The notes under the pieces: generated by a model
Databases searched by the model: none
Told to the model about the DNA's origin: nothing
Seen by the model: only the letters and a program-made list of their open reading frames with translations
Source: Planctomycetota bacterium
GTDB taxonomy: Bacteria > Planctomycetota > JAJSAM01 > JAJVHW01
NCBI GenBank assembly: GCA_965248445.1
Contig: CBDFJG010000004.1
Coordinates: 32,001 to 96,000 of the forward strand
Length of the DNA stretch: 64,000 bases
Direction of reading: 5' to 3'
Program-made: the position numbers and the translations under genes
Shown here: piece by piece, positions 40,799 to 49,270 of the stretch
How positions within the stretch are numbered: position 1 is the first letter of the stretch
Layout: each line of letters opens with the position of its first letter

Positions 40799-41200
40799 CT
40801 AGTGGGTGATGAGGCCTTCCATGCCCTTGGCCTGATCGACCCAGCCCTCGACCTTCTTCGTGTCGGGTGCGACGCGCGCCAGCTTCTTCTCGGTGTTGAC
40901 CTCCAGCATCTTCGCGGCCAGGTTCTCGGCCTTGCGGTGCTTGAGCTCCTTCACCGTGTCGACGCCGGCGGCCTCGAGCAGCTCGGAGAACTGCGGGCCC
41001 ACGCCGTTGATGCGCATCAGGTCGGCCTTGTTCGTCCAGTTCAGGACGAGCTTCTCGCTGATGCCCGTGCTCTCGGCGATGGACGAGCGGCCCTGCTTGT
41101 TGCAGCACATCTCGAGCAGCTTGTCGGTCGTCGTGATGCCCGCCGTCTGCAGCTTCTCGCGGAAGCTCGGTCCGATGCCTTCGACTTCGTCGGTATTGTG
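40799..41200 (-). CDS. DUF4332-domain (HhH-like) protein; native start apparently lost
   Basis: EVEGIGP, W.NKADLMRINGVG.QFSELLEAAGVDTVKEL..R. No start codon just before EVEGIG. Confidence 0.85.
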   Translation of the reverse strand, partial: HNTDEVEGIGPSFREKLQTAGITTTDKLLEMCCNKQGRSSIAESTGISEKLVLNWTNKADLMRINGVGPQFSELLEAAGVDTVKELKHRKAENLAAKMLEVNTEKKLARVAPDTKKVEGWVDQAKGMEGLITH

Positions 41201-41310
41201 CCCAGGCTCAAATCGGAGCGATGGGGCCGATAAAGAGTCCGATGGGTCCACCGATCGAGTACATTCTGGCGCCGGCGAACCGTGTGAACGCCGCCCCCAG
41301 AGGAGCCGTC

Positions 41311-42540
41311 ATGGCGAAGCGCCTCCCGCCGGAAATCCGGGCCTGGCAGGTCCTGCATCCCGGGTGGACGATCCGGCCGCGCGTCCTGCCTTCGGGCATC
41401 AGGCGCTACTACCTGCGGGCGCGCCCTCCCGGCGGCGGCCGTGTCAACCGAGCGCTCGCGGAGGACGTGGCTAGCACCATACGTCTGGCGAACGAGATCC
41501 ATGACGCGGTCCTCGCCGAGGACGAGGCGTGCCTTGAGGCGTGCCTCGAGGCGCGCGTCGCGCAGCGCGTGACTCTCGCCGAGTTCCTGCCCCGGGCGGT
41601 TGAGTTGCTCACCGGGCAGAACCGCGCCGAGAAGACGGTCATCGCCACCCGGACCGCCGTGCACAAGATCGCGCCGTTCCTGCCTCAGATGATGGACACC
41701 GTGACGGTCCGGGACGCGGCCCAGGTGGTCGCCCACCTGGCCGGCCGCGAGGGCCTCTCCCCCGAGACCATCCGAGGCTACGTGTCGCGGCTCGCCGGCG
41801 TCTGGCGACTCGCCGAGGCCGAGGGGCACGTGCGCGAGGACGCGAACCCGTGGGAGCGTCGGCGCAAGCTCGGGATCCCCGCGCCCAGGGCGAAGGGGCC
41901 GCCCCGGACGTTCACGCCGGCGCAGATCGAGACCTTCCTTCGGTGCGCGCCGACGCCCGAGGCCCGCGACATCCTGCTCACCTACTACGAGACCGGCCTG
42001 CGGCGCTCGGAGCTCTTCGACCTGCGGTGGTATGACGTGGCCCTCGACCGCCCCGACACGGACCACGGCGTGGTCGTGGTGCGCCCCGAGACCAGCAAGG
42101 GCGGCTATAGCGGCCGGGTGGTCGTGCTCACGGCACGCGTCGCCGACGTGCTGCGCCGGTGGCGCCAGTCGCGGCCCACCCCGGCGGCGGACGGCGCGGA
42201 CTTCGTGTTTCTGCGCGACGACCGCCGGAGCCCCCCGGCGGGCCGATTCTCCGCCGAGCGCATGAGCATCATCGTGCGGCAGACCCGCGAGCGGGCCGGG
42301 AAGATCGACCCCGCCCTCGGGGGCCTGCGCGTGAAGGACCTGCGCAGCTCCTTCGCCACGCACCTGTTCGACCGTTCGGGCAACCTGGCCGTCACGCAGG
42401 ACGCTCTTGGCCACCGCTCCCCGAGCACGACGAACCGCTACCTGGGCGTCAAGGACATCCGGCACCGCGTCGCAGCGATGCGGGAGGCGTTCGTGGGGGA
42501 CGGCCGCGGCGGCGCTCACCGAGCTGCCTCCGGCGACTGA
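41311..42540 (+). CDS. int: Tyrosine recombinase/integrase
   Basis: TGLRRSEL, SKGG, KDLRSSFAT, LGHRS..TT.RY; SD AGGAG. Confidence 0.92.
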   Translation: MAKRLPPEIRAWQVLHPGWTIRPRVLPSGIRRYYLRARPPGGGRVNRALAEDVASTIRLANEIHDAVLAEDEACLEACLEARVAQRVTLAEFLPRAVELLTGQNRAEKTVIATRTAVHKIAPFLPQMMDTVTVRDAAQVVAHLAGREGLSPETIRGYVSRLAGVWRLAEAEGHVREDANPWERRRKLGIPAPRAKGPPRTFTPAQIETFLRCAPTPEARDILLTYYETGLRRSELFDLRWYDVALDRPDTDHGVVVVRPETSKGGYSGRVVVLTARVADVLRRWRQSRPTPAADGADFVFLRDDRRSPPAGRFSAERMSIIVRQTRERAGKIDPALGGLRVKDLRSSFATHLFDRSGNLAVTQDALGHRSPSTTNRYLGVKDIRHRVAAMREAFVGDGRGGAHRAASGD

Positions 42541-42891
42541 CGCCGCCCTATCCGGCGCCTGCGCACCCTCGGCCGCGGGGGCTCCGCCGGCTGTGGCCTC
42601 TCGGGCACCTCGGCGGTCCCGGCCCGCTCCCACGCCGCGTCCACATCTTCGCGCCGCACGCGCAGGCCCTTCACGGCACCGGGCCGACTCGGGAGGAGCG
42701 GCACGTCCCACGCCCGGCACCAGTGCGTCGCCTGCTCTCCGGTCAGGCCCAGCAGGACGCCCAAGGTCAGCCATCGACAGGTACGGCGCCACGGATGCGC
42801 GCAGGAGCGCCACGATGGCGTTCTGCCCCTCCTCGGGCAGCGCAGCGACGATGGCGGCCGTCGCGGGGCTGGGGTCCTGGGAGCCGCTCAC
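42516..42891 (-). pseudogene. Excisionase-like HTH protein with a 1-nt frameshift at about 42763
   Basis: Joining two frames gives YLSMADL/GVLLGLTGEQATHWCRAWDVP...RVRREDVDA. It is adjacent to the integrase and has a GTGA overlap start. Confidence 0.55.
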
Positions 42892-43565
42892 GAAGTCGCC
42901 CTCCCCTTCAACTGCTGACGGACCTGTTCCGCCGCCCACTGCACGCGGTCCCACTCCGACCGCTCGCCGCCCTTGTCCGGGTGCGCCTCCTTCAGGCACG
43001 CCCGGATCTCCGCCTCGATGGCCTCTGCCGGCCACTCCGGGTCGCACCCGAGGAAGTGCCACGGGTCGATGCCGTGGGTCTCCCCCGGCGCCGGCAGCGC
43101 CTTGAAGCCCGTGAAGACGGCGCGGACCATGGACTCGCCGACCCACCGCTCCTGCCCGCGCGTGGCTTCGATCCACTTCGCCAGGGCGACGAGGTTGTCG
43201 GCCACGCGGTCCCACCTGTCGCACGCGAGGCAGAGGTCGTCGCCGTTCAGTGTGAAGTAGACGGCGACGCCGGGGTCCTCTGGCGCACGGCGGTTCGAGT
43301 AGGGCAACCCGTCCAGGCGAAGCTCGACGTTGGTCGAGAGGACCTGGTCACGCGCGCCGAGGCGGCTCAGTTCCTCAAGGATCTGCCCTGTGGCGTGGTT
43401 GAGGCTCACCTCCTGGAGGCGGCCATCGCGCTTCCACCCGTCCGTCTTCGCGCGCCTCCCGAACCGAGCGCGCGTGCGCTGGTACGTTGGCGTCCTCTGG
43501 CGGCCGAGAGGCCACGCCAGGGGGTAAGCAGTCACCGCGGGGCCGGAGACGTTGGAGACCAACAC
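42888..43565 (-). CDS. Phage J-domain (DnaJ-like) protein
   Basis: AYPLAWP.G..RTP, LSTNVELRLDGLP, DPGVAVYF, CDRW...DN; C-terminal HPDKGG. Confidence 0.88.
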   Translation of the reverse strand: MLVSNVSGPAVTAYPLAWPLGRQRTPTYQRTRARFGRRAKTDGWKRDGRLQEVSLNHATGQILEELSRLGARDQVLSTNVELRLDGLPYSNRRAPEDPGVAVYFTLNGDDLCLACDRWDRVADNLVALAKWIEATRGQERWVGESMVRAVFTGFKALPAPGETHGIDPWHFLGCDPEWPAEAIEAEIRACLKEAHPDKGGERSEWDRVQWAAEQVRQQLKGRATS

Positions 43566-44035
43566 TAGGCCACCTCCAGCGCAGCGGCCACGGCTTCCAC
43601 CGGTTCCAGTGTCGCCGTTAGCCCGGGCAACTCGTCCTGCGCACCGGTGAGTTTCGAGGCGTGGAGTTCCACTACCTGGCGATCGTCCTTCCACAGCACC
43701 CCGTTGGCCGCGTCCATGAAGGCCTTCGCAACGTTGTCGATGTCCTTCGCGTTGAGCGACGGCTCGCGGCCGCGCGGCTTCGTCTTGCGATACGTCGACT
43801 TGGGCCGCGAGAAGATGGCCACGATGGTGAGTTTGACTGCCAACAGGCACGGTTCGCGGCCCGCGAGCGCCACGCGCATGTGCACCTGCGCCGCGCCCTT
43901 CCACGAACGGAGAGCAGGCCTGGTGAACCGCTGCGCGCGCGCCTTGCCAGTGCCGTCGATGTACCCGCGGGCGCCGGAGCGGGACCACGACACTGGCTCG
44001 CCGGGGATGTGGATCACCAGAGGCTCCAACGTCAC
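43565..44035 (-). CDS. rusA: RusA-family Holliday junction resolvase
   Basis: IPGEPV, DIDNVAKAFMDAANGVLWKDDRQVV. Confidence 0.92.
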   Translation of the reverse strand: MTLEPLVIHIPGEPVSWSRSGARGYIDGTGKARAQRFTRPALRSWKGAAQVHMRVALAGREPCLLAVKLTIVAIFSRPKSTYRKTKPRGREPSLNAKDIDNVAKAFMDAANGVLWKDDRQVVELHASKLTGAQDELPGLTATLEPVEAVAAALEVA

Positions 44036-44325
44036 GACCCGCCTCCATCGAACAGCGTCCCCTGCTGCTCGCGCTTCCTTTTCTTCCGCGTCCTGGCCGC
44101 GATCGTCCGTTGCAGTCGCTGCTCGGGCTCCGCGTCCTCTTCGCCCCACGACGCGCTGTCGGCGCCGTCGAGCATCTCCGCCATCGAGTCCGACCTCGAT
44201 CCCCGCACGAGCATCGGGCAGTCGTCGCGGTGCGTGAGCACCGATCCGAAGCCGTCGGAGCAGGGGCCCGACTTCGCGCCGCAGTGCGGGCACGTCACGT
44301 CGTGGGGGTCGGTGTCTGTCGTCAT
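44032..44325 (-). CDS. Small phage protein with a putative Zn site
   Basis: CPHCG....PC...H..DC; fits the operon overlaps. Confidence 0.6.
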   Translation of the reverse strand: MTTDTDPHDVTCPHCGAKSGPCSDGFGSVLTHRDDCPMLVRGSRSDSMAEMLDGADSASWGEEDAEPEQRLQRTIAARTRKKRKREQQGTLFDGGGS

Positions 44326-44329
44326 GGCA

Positions 44330-44602
44330 CTAGCCGTAGACGGGGATCTCCGTGCCGACTTCGCCGCCGACCCAGTCCCGGACGCGCTTGATCGCGTCGA
44401 GCTTCCAGCGGCCGCCGTCGGCCTCGAACAGCGCGCACGTCGGGAGCTTCCCGTCGCCGCCTCCGCGCAGACGGAGCACGAACGGTGACGCGACCTGCTC
44501 GGTCTCGGAGAAGGAGCGATAGGGCGTCAGGATGACCGGGCTCGGCACGTCCACGTTGGCGACCGTGGCCACGCCCTGGCGAGCGGTGGCCTGTTGGGAG
44601 AG
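44330..44602 (-). pseudogene. C-terminal fragment of a conserved phage hypothetical protein
   Basis: SQQATARQGVA...VPSPVILTPYRSFSETEQ..SPFVLR...CALFEADGGRWK. Upstream sequence is structured and not protein-like. Confidence 0.6.
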
Positions 44603-44729
44603 GGGCGCCGGGCCTTTCGAAGGATCGGTGGCTAGGTGTCGGGCTCCTCTCGTTGAGGTGCCCCACCCGGAAAGCCCCGACGCAGCCACCGACCGGTGGT
44701 GGTTACTCACCCATGAGAGTGGGCGCTCC
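44602..44729. ncRNA. Candidate multi-stem structured RNA/DNA element
   Basis: Pairings 44602-09/44722-29, 44622-33/44684-94, 44638-45/44673-81, 44646-49/44655-58, 44705-08/44717-20. Confidence 0.4.
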
Positions 44730-44751
44730 CGTCGGGGCAGGACGGGCATGG

Positions 44752-44994
44752 TTAGTTCGCGGCCTCGGTCGTGGCCGCGGCCTTGCGCTTGCGCGGCAGC
44801 ATCCGCGTGAAGGTCCGCCGCTCGACCTTGAGGTCCCGGATGCTCTGCTCGTCCGCCGTGATGTCCTCCCGGATGTCGGCGATCTTGCGGTCGATGTCCG
44901 CGATGGCGTCGCGGACCCCTGCCTCCATCTCCGCCGCGGTCTGGGGCTTCGTCGCAGGGCCTGCCACCTTCGCCCCGTCGTTTGTCTCTGCCAT
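44752..44994 (-). CDS. Small coiled-coil phage protein
   Basis: SD AGGAG; heptad pattern. Confidence 0.7.
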   Translation of the reverse strand: MAETNDGAKVAGPATKPQTAAEMEAGVRDAIADIDRKIADIREDITADEQSIRDLKVERRTFTRMLPRKRKAAATTEAAN

Positions 44995-45010
44995 CGGTCT
45001 CGGTCTCCTC

Positions 45011-47464
45011 TCAGGCCACTACCGTGAGCTGGCCGTCCTTCACTTCGATTCGCGCGTCTGCCAGAGCCCAGAGCTCCGGCGAGTGGGTCACGAACAGCAC
45101 GCGGTCCGCGCCGATCAGGTCAGCAGCGCGCCGCAGCATGGCCACGTACGCGGGCCCGGCGTCGGGGTCGAGAGCCGCGCCCGTCTCGTCGCGCACCAAC
45201 GTCACCCCGGACAGCCCGGCGCGCCGGCACGACACCGTCGTCAGCGCCAGTCGGATCGCCTCGCCGACGAGCACGCGCTCGCCGCCCGAGAGCCGGTCCG
45301 CATCGCCGTCGGTGCCCTGCTCGGTGTCGACGACGTTGACGTAGCACTCCTCGAGCTCCCGCTTGCCGGTGGCGTCGAGCCGCGTCGTCTCGATCGAGAC
45401 CGTGAACCGCGGGCCGTACGATCTGTGCAGGAGGTCGGTCGCGAGCTCGGAGAGCTCCGGGCCCGCGGCGTCGATCTCCAGCGCCTGCAGCCCGTCCTTC
45501 CCGAGGTCCAGCGCCAGCCGGGCGTAGTCCTGGAGCTCCGCGTGGTGCGCCTGAACCTGTCCGGTGATCTCTGCGATACGCTCCGCCTCTCGGCGGGCCT
45601 CGGCGAGACGGTCGTCCCGGACAGCCACCGCCTTCGCGGCGTCGACGTGGCGCTCCTTCGCCTCGCGGACCGCCGCCTCTTCGACCGACAGGTCGGGAAG
45701 CGGTTCGGCATCCGGTGGGAGCGGAGCGGCATCGAGTTCCTCGAGCACGGCCGCCAGGTCGCCCCGCGCCGTCTCGGCCTGCGTGCGGAGATCACCGAGC
45801 AGCGTCTCGGCACTCTCCAGGCGCTTGAGCTGTTCCGCGGCGGTGCTTAGGCCGGATCGCTGATCTTCCAGTTCGGCGCGACGCCGCTGCTCGTGCTGCT
45901 GGTCGCTGTGGGCTTTCGTGGCCGCGCTCTCGGCAGCCTCCGAGTCAGCCTTGGTCGTCTGGAGTCGAGCCACCAGGTCGCTCGCTTCTCCGAGCGCTAC
46001 CTCGAGGTCGGCCTCCGCCGCCTCGATCGCGGGCAGCCGGTCGACCAGGCCCTGGAGCCGAAAGACGTCGTCGCGCTCACTCGCCTCGGTGACTCGCGCC
46101 TGGCGGTGCCGATGGTCGGCATTCGGGATCTCGGTGACGGCTGACGCGGCCTCGGCCGCGGCGCTGTCGTCGGTCGTGAGCACTCTGCCCGCATAGGCGT
46201 CGAACTCCTCGACGAGGACGTTCTCCGACAGCTCGCGCAGGCCGTGCCGCAGACCCTCGATCCGCGACTCGGTGGACTTGGCGACCAGGTCGCGCAGGTC
46301 TATCGCGACCTGCTCCGCCGCCGTGATGGCCTCCCGGGCAGCGTCGCGTGCCTCTCGCGCGCCCGGCAGGTCCTCGACCGCCTTGCGGACGACGGCCGCG
46401 TCCGTTGCCCGAGAGCGTGCCAGGCTGACCCGTCCCTCGGCGGCCTTGTGGGACCGCGCGAGGTCGCGGTGCGCGGCATGCGCACGGTCCGCAGCCCCGC
46501 GGGCCCGACCCACCTCTCCCGCCGCGGTCGCGAGCTGGGCTGATGCACGCTCGATCTGCGTCTCGATGCGGGCGAGCTCGCCCGCCTTCTGGCGGATCCG
46601 CTCAGCGTCAGCGACGAGCTGCTCGTTCAGTTCGATGCGCTTGGCGAGGTTGCCGGCGCGGTTGCGCAGGTCGGTCTCGCGCGAGACGATCGCTGCACGC
46701 TTCGCCAGCGCGCGGTCCCGGTTGCGCTGCGCGTCGAGGAGGCCTGCGTGGCGGTCCTGCGCAGCCTTGAGCCGGGCCTCGGCCGTGGCAACCATCTCGG
46801 CAGCGCGGGCAGCCGCCGTGCGCGTGGACTCCAACTCGCGCTGGATCTCCTCAGGGTCGCCGGCGGCGTCGGACAGCTCGTCGCGCCGCGCCTCCAGCCG
46901 GCGGATCGCCTCCGAGGTCTCGCGCTCGTGACGCCGGGCGATCTCGGCCAGGGCCTCGTACCGCTCGATCCCCAGGTAGCGCAGCAGCGTGGCCTTGCGG
47001 TCGCCGCGCGAGAGGTCGAGGAAGTTCGGGCTCTTGGCGCCCTGGCGCGCGAAGAGGCTGGTGAAGAAGACGCCGGGGTCCGGGAGGTGGATCTTCGCCC
47101 ACTCATCGAACGTCGTCACCTTGGCGTCGAGCAGGACGGGCTTGCCGTCGCCGTTCAGCACGAGCGCCTCGGCCTTTCCGCTCACGTGGTCGTACGTCTG
47201 GCGGATCGTGTACGGCGTCCCGTCGGCCGTGACGATGCCCGCCTCCCGGTAGGAGTCGCGGGCCTGGGAGAGTGTGGCGAGGCGGCCCTGGTCGAACGTG
47301 CCGCGGTACATGGCGCCCGGCCAGCACTTGAGTGCCGTGGACTTGCCCGCACCGTTGGCTCCGATGAGGGCGACGACTCGGGCGGTGCCGAGGTCGGCCA
47401 TGTCGAGGCGGACCTCTCCGGGGAAAGGAACGAGGCCGCGGGCGGCGATGTGGGTGAGCTTCAT
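45011..47464 (-). CDS. SbcC/Rad50-like SMC ATPase
   Basis: GANGAGKST, long coiled coil, LSGGE, LVRDE...LD, FVTH. Confidence 0.92.
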   Translation of the reverse strand: MKLTHIAARGLVPFPGEVRLDMADLGTARVVALIGANGAGKSTALKCWPGAMYRGTFDQGRLATLSQARDSYREAGIVTADGTPYTIRQTYDHVSGKAEALVLNGDGKPVLLDAKVTTFDEWAKIHLPDPGVFFTSLFARQGAKSPNFLDLSRGDRKATLLRYLGIERYEALAEIARRHERETSEAIRRLEARRDELSDAAGDPEEIQRELESTRTAAARAAEMVATAEARLKAAQDRHAGLLDAQRNRDRALAKRAAIVSRETDLRNRAGNLAKRIELNEQLVADAERIRQKAGELARIETQIERASAQLATAAGEVGRARGAADRAHAAHRDLARSHKAAEGRVSLARSRATDAAVVRKAVEDLPGAREARDAAREAITAAEQVAIDLRDLVAKSTESRIEGLRHGLRELSENVLVEEFDAYAGRVLTTDDSAAAEAASAVTEIPNADHRHRQARVTEASERDDVFRLQGLVDRLPAIEAAEADLEVALGEASDLVARLQTTKADSEAAESAATKAHSDQQHEQRRRAELEDQRSGLSTAAEQLKRLESAETLLGDLRTQAETARGDLAAVLEELDAAPLPPDAEPLPDLSVEEAAVREAKERHVDAAKAVAVRDDRLAEARREAERIAEITGQVQAHHAELQDYARLALDLGKDGLQALEIDAAGPELSELATDLLHRSYGPRFTVSIETTRLDATGKRELEECYVNVVDTEQGTDGDADRLSGGERVLVGEAIRLALTTVSCRRAGLSGVTLVRDETGAALDPDAGPAYVAMLRRAADLIGADRVLFVTHSPELWALADARIEVKDGQLTVVA

Positions 47465-47682
47465 CCGTCGCTCCCAGGGAGAAAGAGCACCGGCTCGCCG
47501 TAGGACGTCACGCACAGCCCGACCTTCGTGTGTTCGACCGCGGCCTCGCAGACCCGGCGCGCTGCGGTCTCGGCCGATCGGCGTGCCTGCGTCCGGACTT
47601 GACCGAGGGAGCATTCGTCGCCCCACGAGCCAGACTCGAACACCATCTCGAACGACACCCGGACCTTCGCCCGCGTGCTCAC
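47461..47682 (-). CDS. Small hypothetical phage protein
   Basis: 4-nt overlaps with both neighbours. Confidence 0.6.
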   Translation of the reverse strand: MSTRAKVRVSFEMVFESGSWGDECSLGQVRTQARRSAETAARRVCEAAVEHTKVGLCVTSYGEPVLFLPGSDG

Positions 47683-48095
47683 GGGGTCACCGCTTCAGCA
47701 AGGCCCGGCCGGGCGAGGTCCGCGAGCGCATCGACGGCGCGGGCGCCGAACCCGCACTGGCTCTCCTGGACGTTCACGAAGTCCGCGAACGTGGCGCACC
47801 ACTGGTCGCCGTCGCGGAACAGCCGGAAGACCGGCTCGCCCTTGGACGTCGCCTGCTTGACGAACTCCAGGGCGTCGTCGTCGGTCAGGCCCCACTTCGC
47901 GATGAGCGCCTCGGTGCGCGACTTCCGGGCACCGAGAGCCATCGCCTCGATGATGATCAGCCAGGCGTTCCCGCGGTCGCTGGTGTCGAGCTTCCAGACC
48001 TTCCGGACGAACCCGCCGGCCTCCACCTCGGGCCGGAACCGCTTCCAGATCAGGTCGCCGTTCGTGTGCAGGTAGTACCAACCGTGTTCGTTCAC
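47679..48095 (-). CDS. Hypothetical phage protein
   Basis: GWYYLHTNGDLI...DGDQWCAT..DFVNVQES..GFG; GGAGG and GTGA overlap. Confidence 0.75.
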   Translation of the reverse strand: MNEHGWYYLHTNGDLIWKRFRPEVEAGGFVRKVWKLDTSDRGNAWLIIIEAMALGARKSRTEALIAKWGLTDDDALEFVKQATSKGEPVFRLFRDGDQWCATFADFVNVQESQCGFGARAVDALADLARPGLAEAVTP

Positions 48096-49270
48096 GAAAC
48101 CACCTCCATCTCGATCGCGTCGAGCCGCGACAGCACTGACGCCTCGCGCTCGGGCGTCATCTCGATCTCGCGGTGCTTCCACAGGCCGCGGAGCTTGTCC
48201 GGCAGGCCGCGGACGGCGGCGATCTCGGGCGCGCGGGCTGTGGTCGTCTGGCGGACGACCTCCTCGACCTTCACCACGGCGGCGCCGAGGCTCAGGGCGT
48301 GGGCTTGCCAGAGCTTCGCAGCGGCGGCGGCCGCCTCGCGCTGATCCGACTCCACGCGATAACGGAGTCTGATCTCTGCGCCTTGCGTCTGCGCTGCGCT
48401 CGGCAGGTGGCTGCCGCCCGTGACGACCATCTCCCCAGCCGCCCACTCGTACTCGACGAGGTGCATCGGAGTCGCCGGAGTCGGGACGCGCTGCCACGCG
48501 ACCGGCATCTGGCCGTCAGCGCCGCGCTCGCCGAACTCGATGACGACGTAGCCCTTCGGCTCCAGCTCGCCCTTCGCGTAGGCGGTGCGCCTCGGGCTTC
48601 CGCTGTAGATCACCGGAACCCCGATCGCGTCCTCCCACTCCTGCGGCTTGTGGATGTGGCCCAAGCACACGACATCGCTCCCCGCGAGAGCTAGGTCGGC
48701 CAGCGACAGGTCCATGTCCTTGCCGACCAGCGGCGGCTGGTCCGGGCCCACCGAGGAGCCGCTCACCGTGCAGTGGCCGAGCAGGATGCGCGGGCCGTCG
48801 AAGGCCTCCAGTTCCCTGCGGAAGCCCCGCAGGACGTCCCTGAGGGCCTCTCTCGCGAGGTCGTCGCTCTCCTCGTGTCCCAGGGCCTCGTCGGCGCCAG
48901 CGAGCAGCCAGGATTTCCGTGGGTACGGCAGCGCCACGATCGCGCAGCCGGCCAGGTACTCGTCGCACGCGCCCTCGACCGCGTAGATGTTGCGATCGAC
49001 GTCGTGCAGCTCGGCGACCTCCCCCGGGTCCTCGTGGTTGCCGGAGATGATGAACACGGGCATGAACTGCGCCACCAAGCGGCACCAGTCGCGGATCCGC
49101 TGGCGCTCCTGCGCGGTGGATCGGCGCTCGTAGATATCCCCGCCAACCAACATGAGGTCGCACCAACGCTCGATCGCGTCGTGGGCCACGAAGTCCATCA
49201 CGCGATCATGCTCTTTCAGCCGAGACCGCTCGTCGATCTGGTTGTCGGCGAGGAACGCAACGCGGATCAT
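48092..49270 (-). CDS. SbcD/Mre11-like metallophosphoesterase nuclease
   Basis: ADNQ, GGDIYE, GNHE, GH, LGHIHKPQ, YSGSP. Confidence 0.9.
   Translation of the reverse strand: MIRVAFLADNQIDERSRLKEHDRVMDFVAHDAIERWCDLMLVGGDIYERRSTAQERQRIRDWCRLVAQFMPVFIISGNHEDPGEVAELHDVDRNIYAVEGACDEYLAGCAIVALPYPRKSWLLAGADEALGHEESDDLAREALRDVLRGFRRELEAFDGPRILLGHCTVSGSSVGPDQPPLVGKDMDLSLADLALAGSDVVCLGHIHKPQEWEDAIGVPVIYSGSPRRTAYAKGELEPKGYVVIEFGERGADGQMPVAWQRVPTPATPMHLVEYEWAAGEMVVTGGSHLPSAAQTQGAEIRLRYRVESDQREAAAAAAKLWQAHALSLGAAVVKVEEVVRQTTTARAPEIAAVRGLPDKLRGLWKHREIEMTPEREASVLSRLDAIEMEVVS

Noticed and set aside
44596..44750. Known self-cleaving ribozyme or C4 antisense RNA
   Set aside because: Core hammerhead, HDV and twister motifs and the C4 layout were not found by eye; kept only as an unassigned structure.
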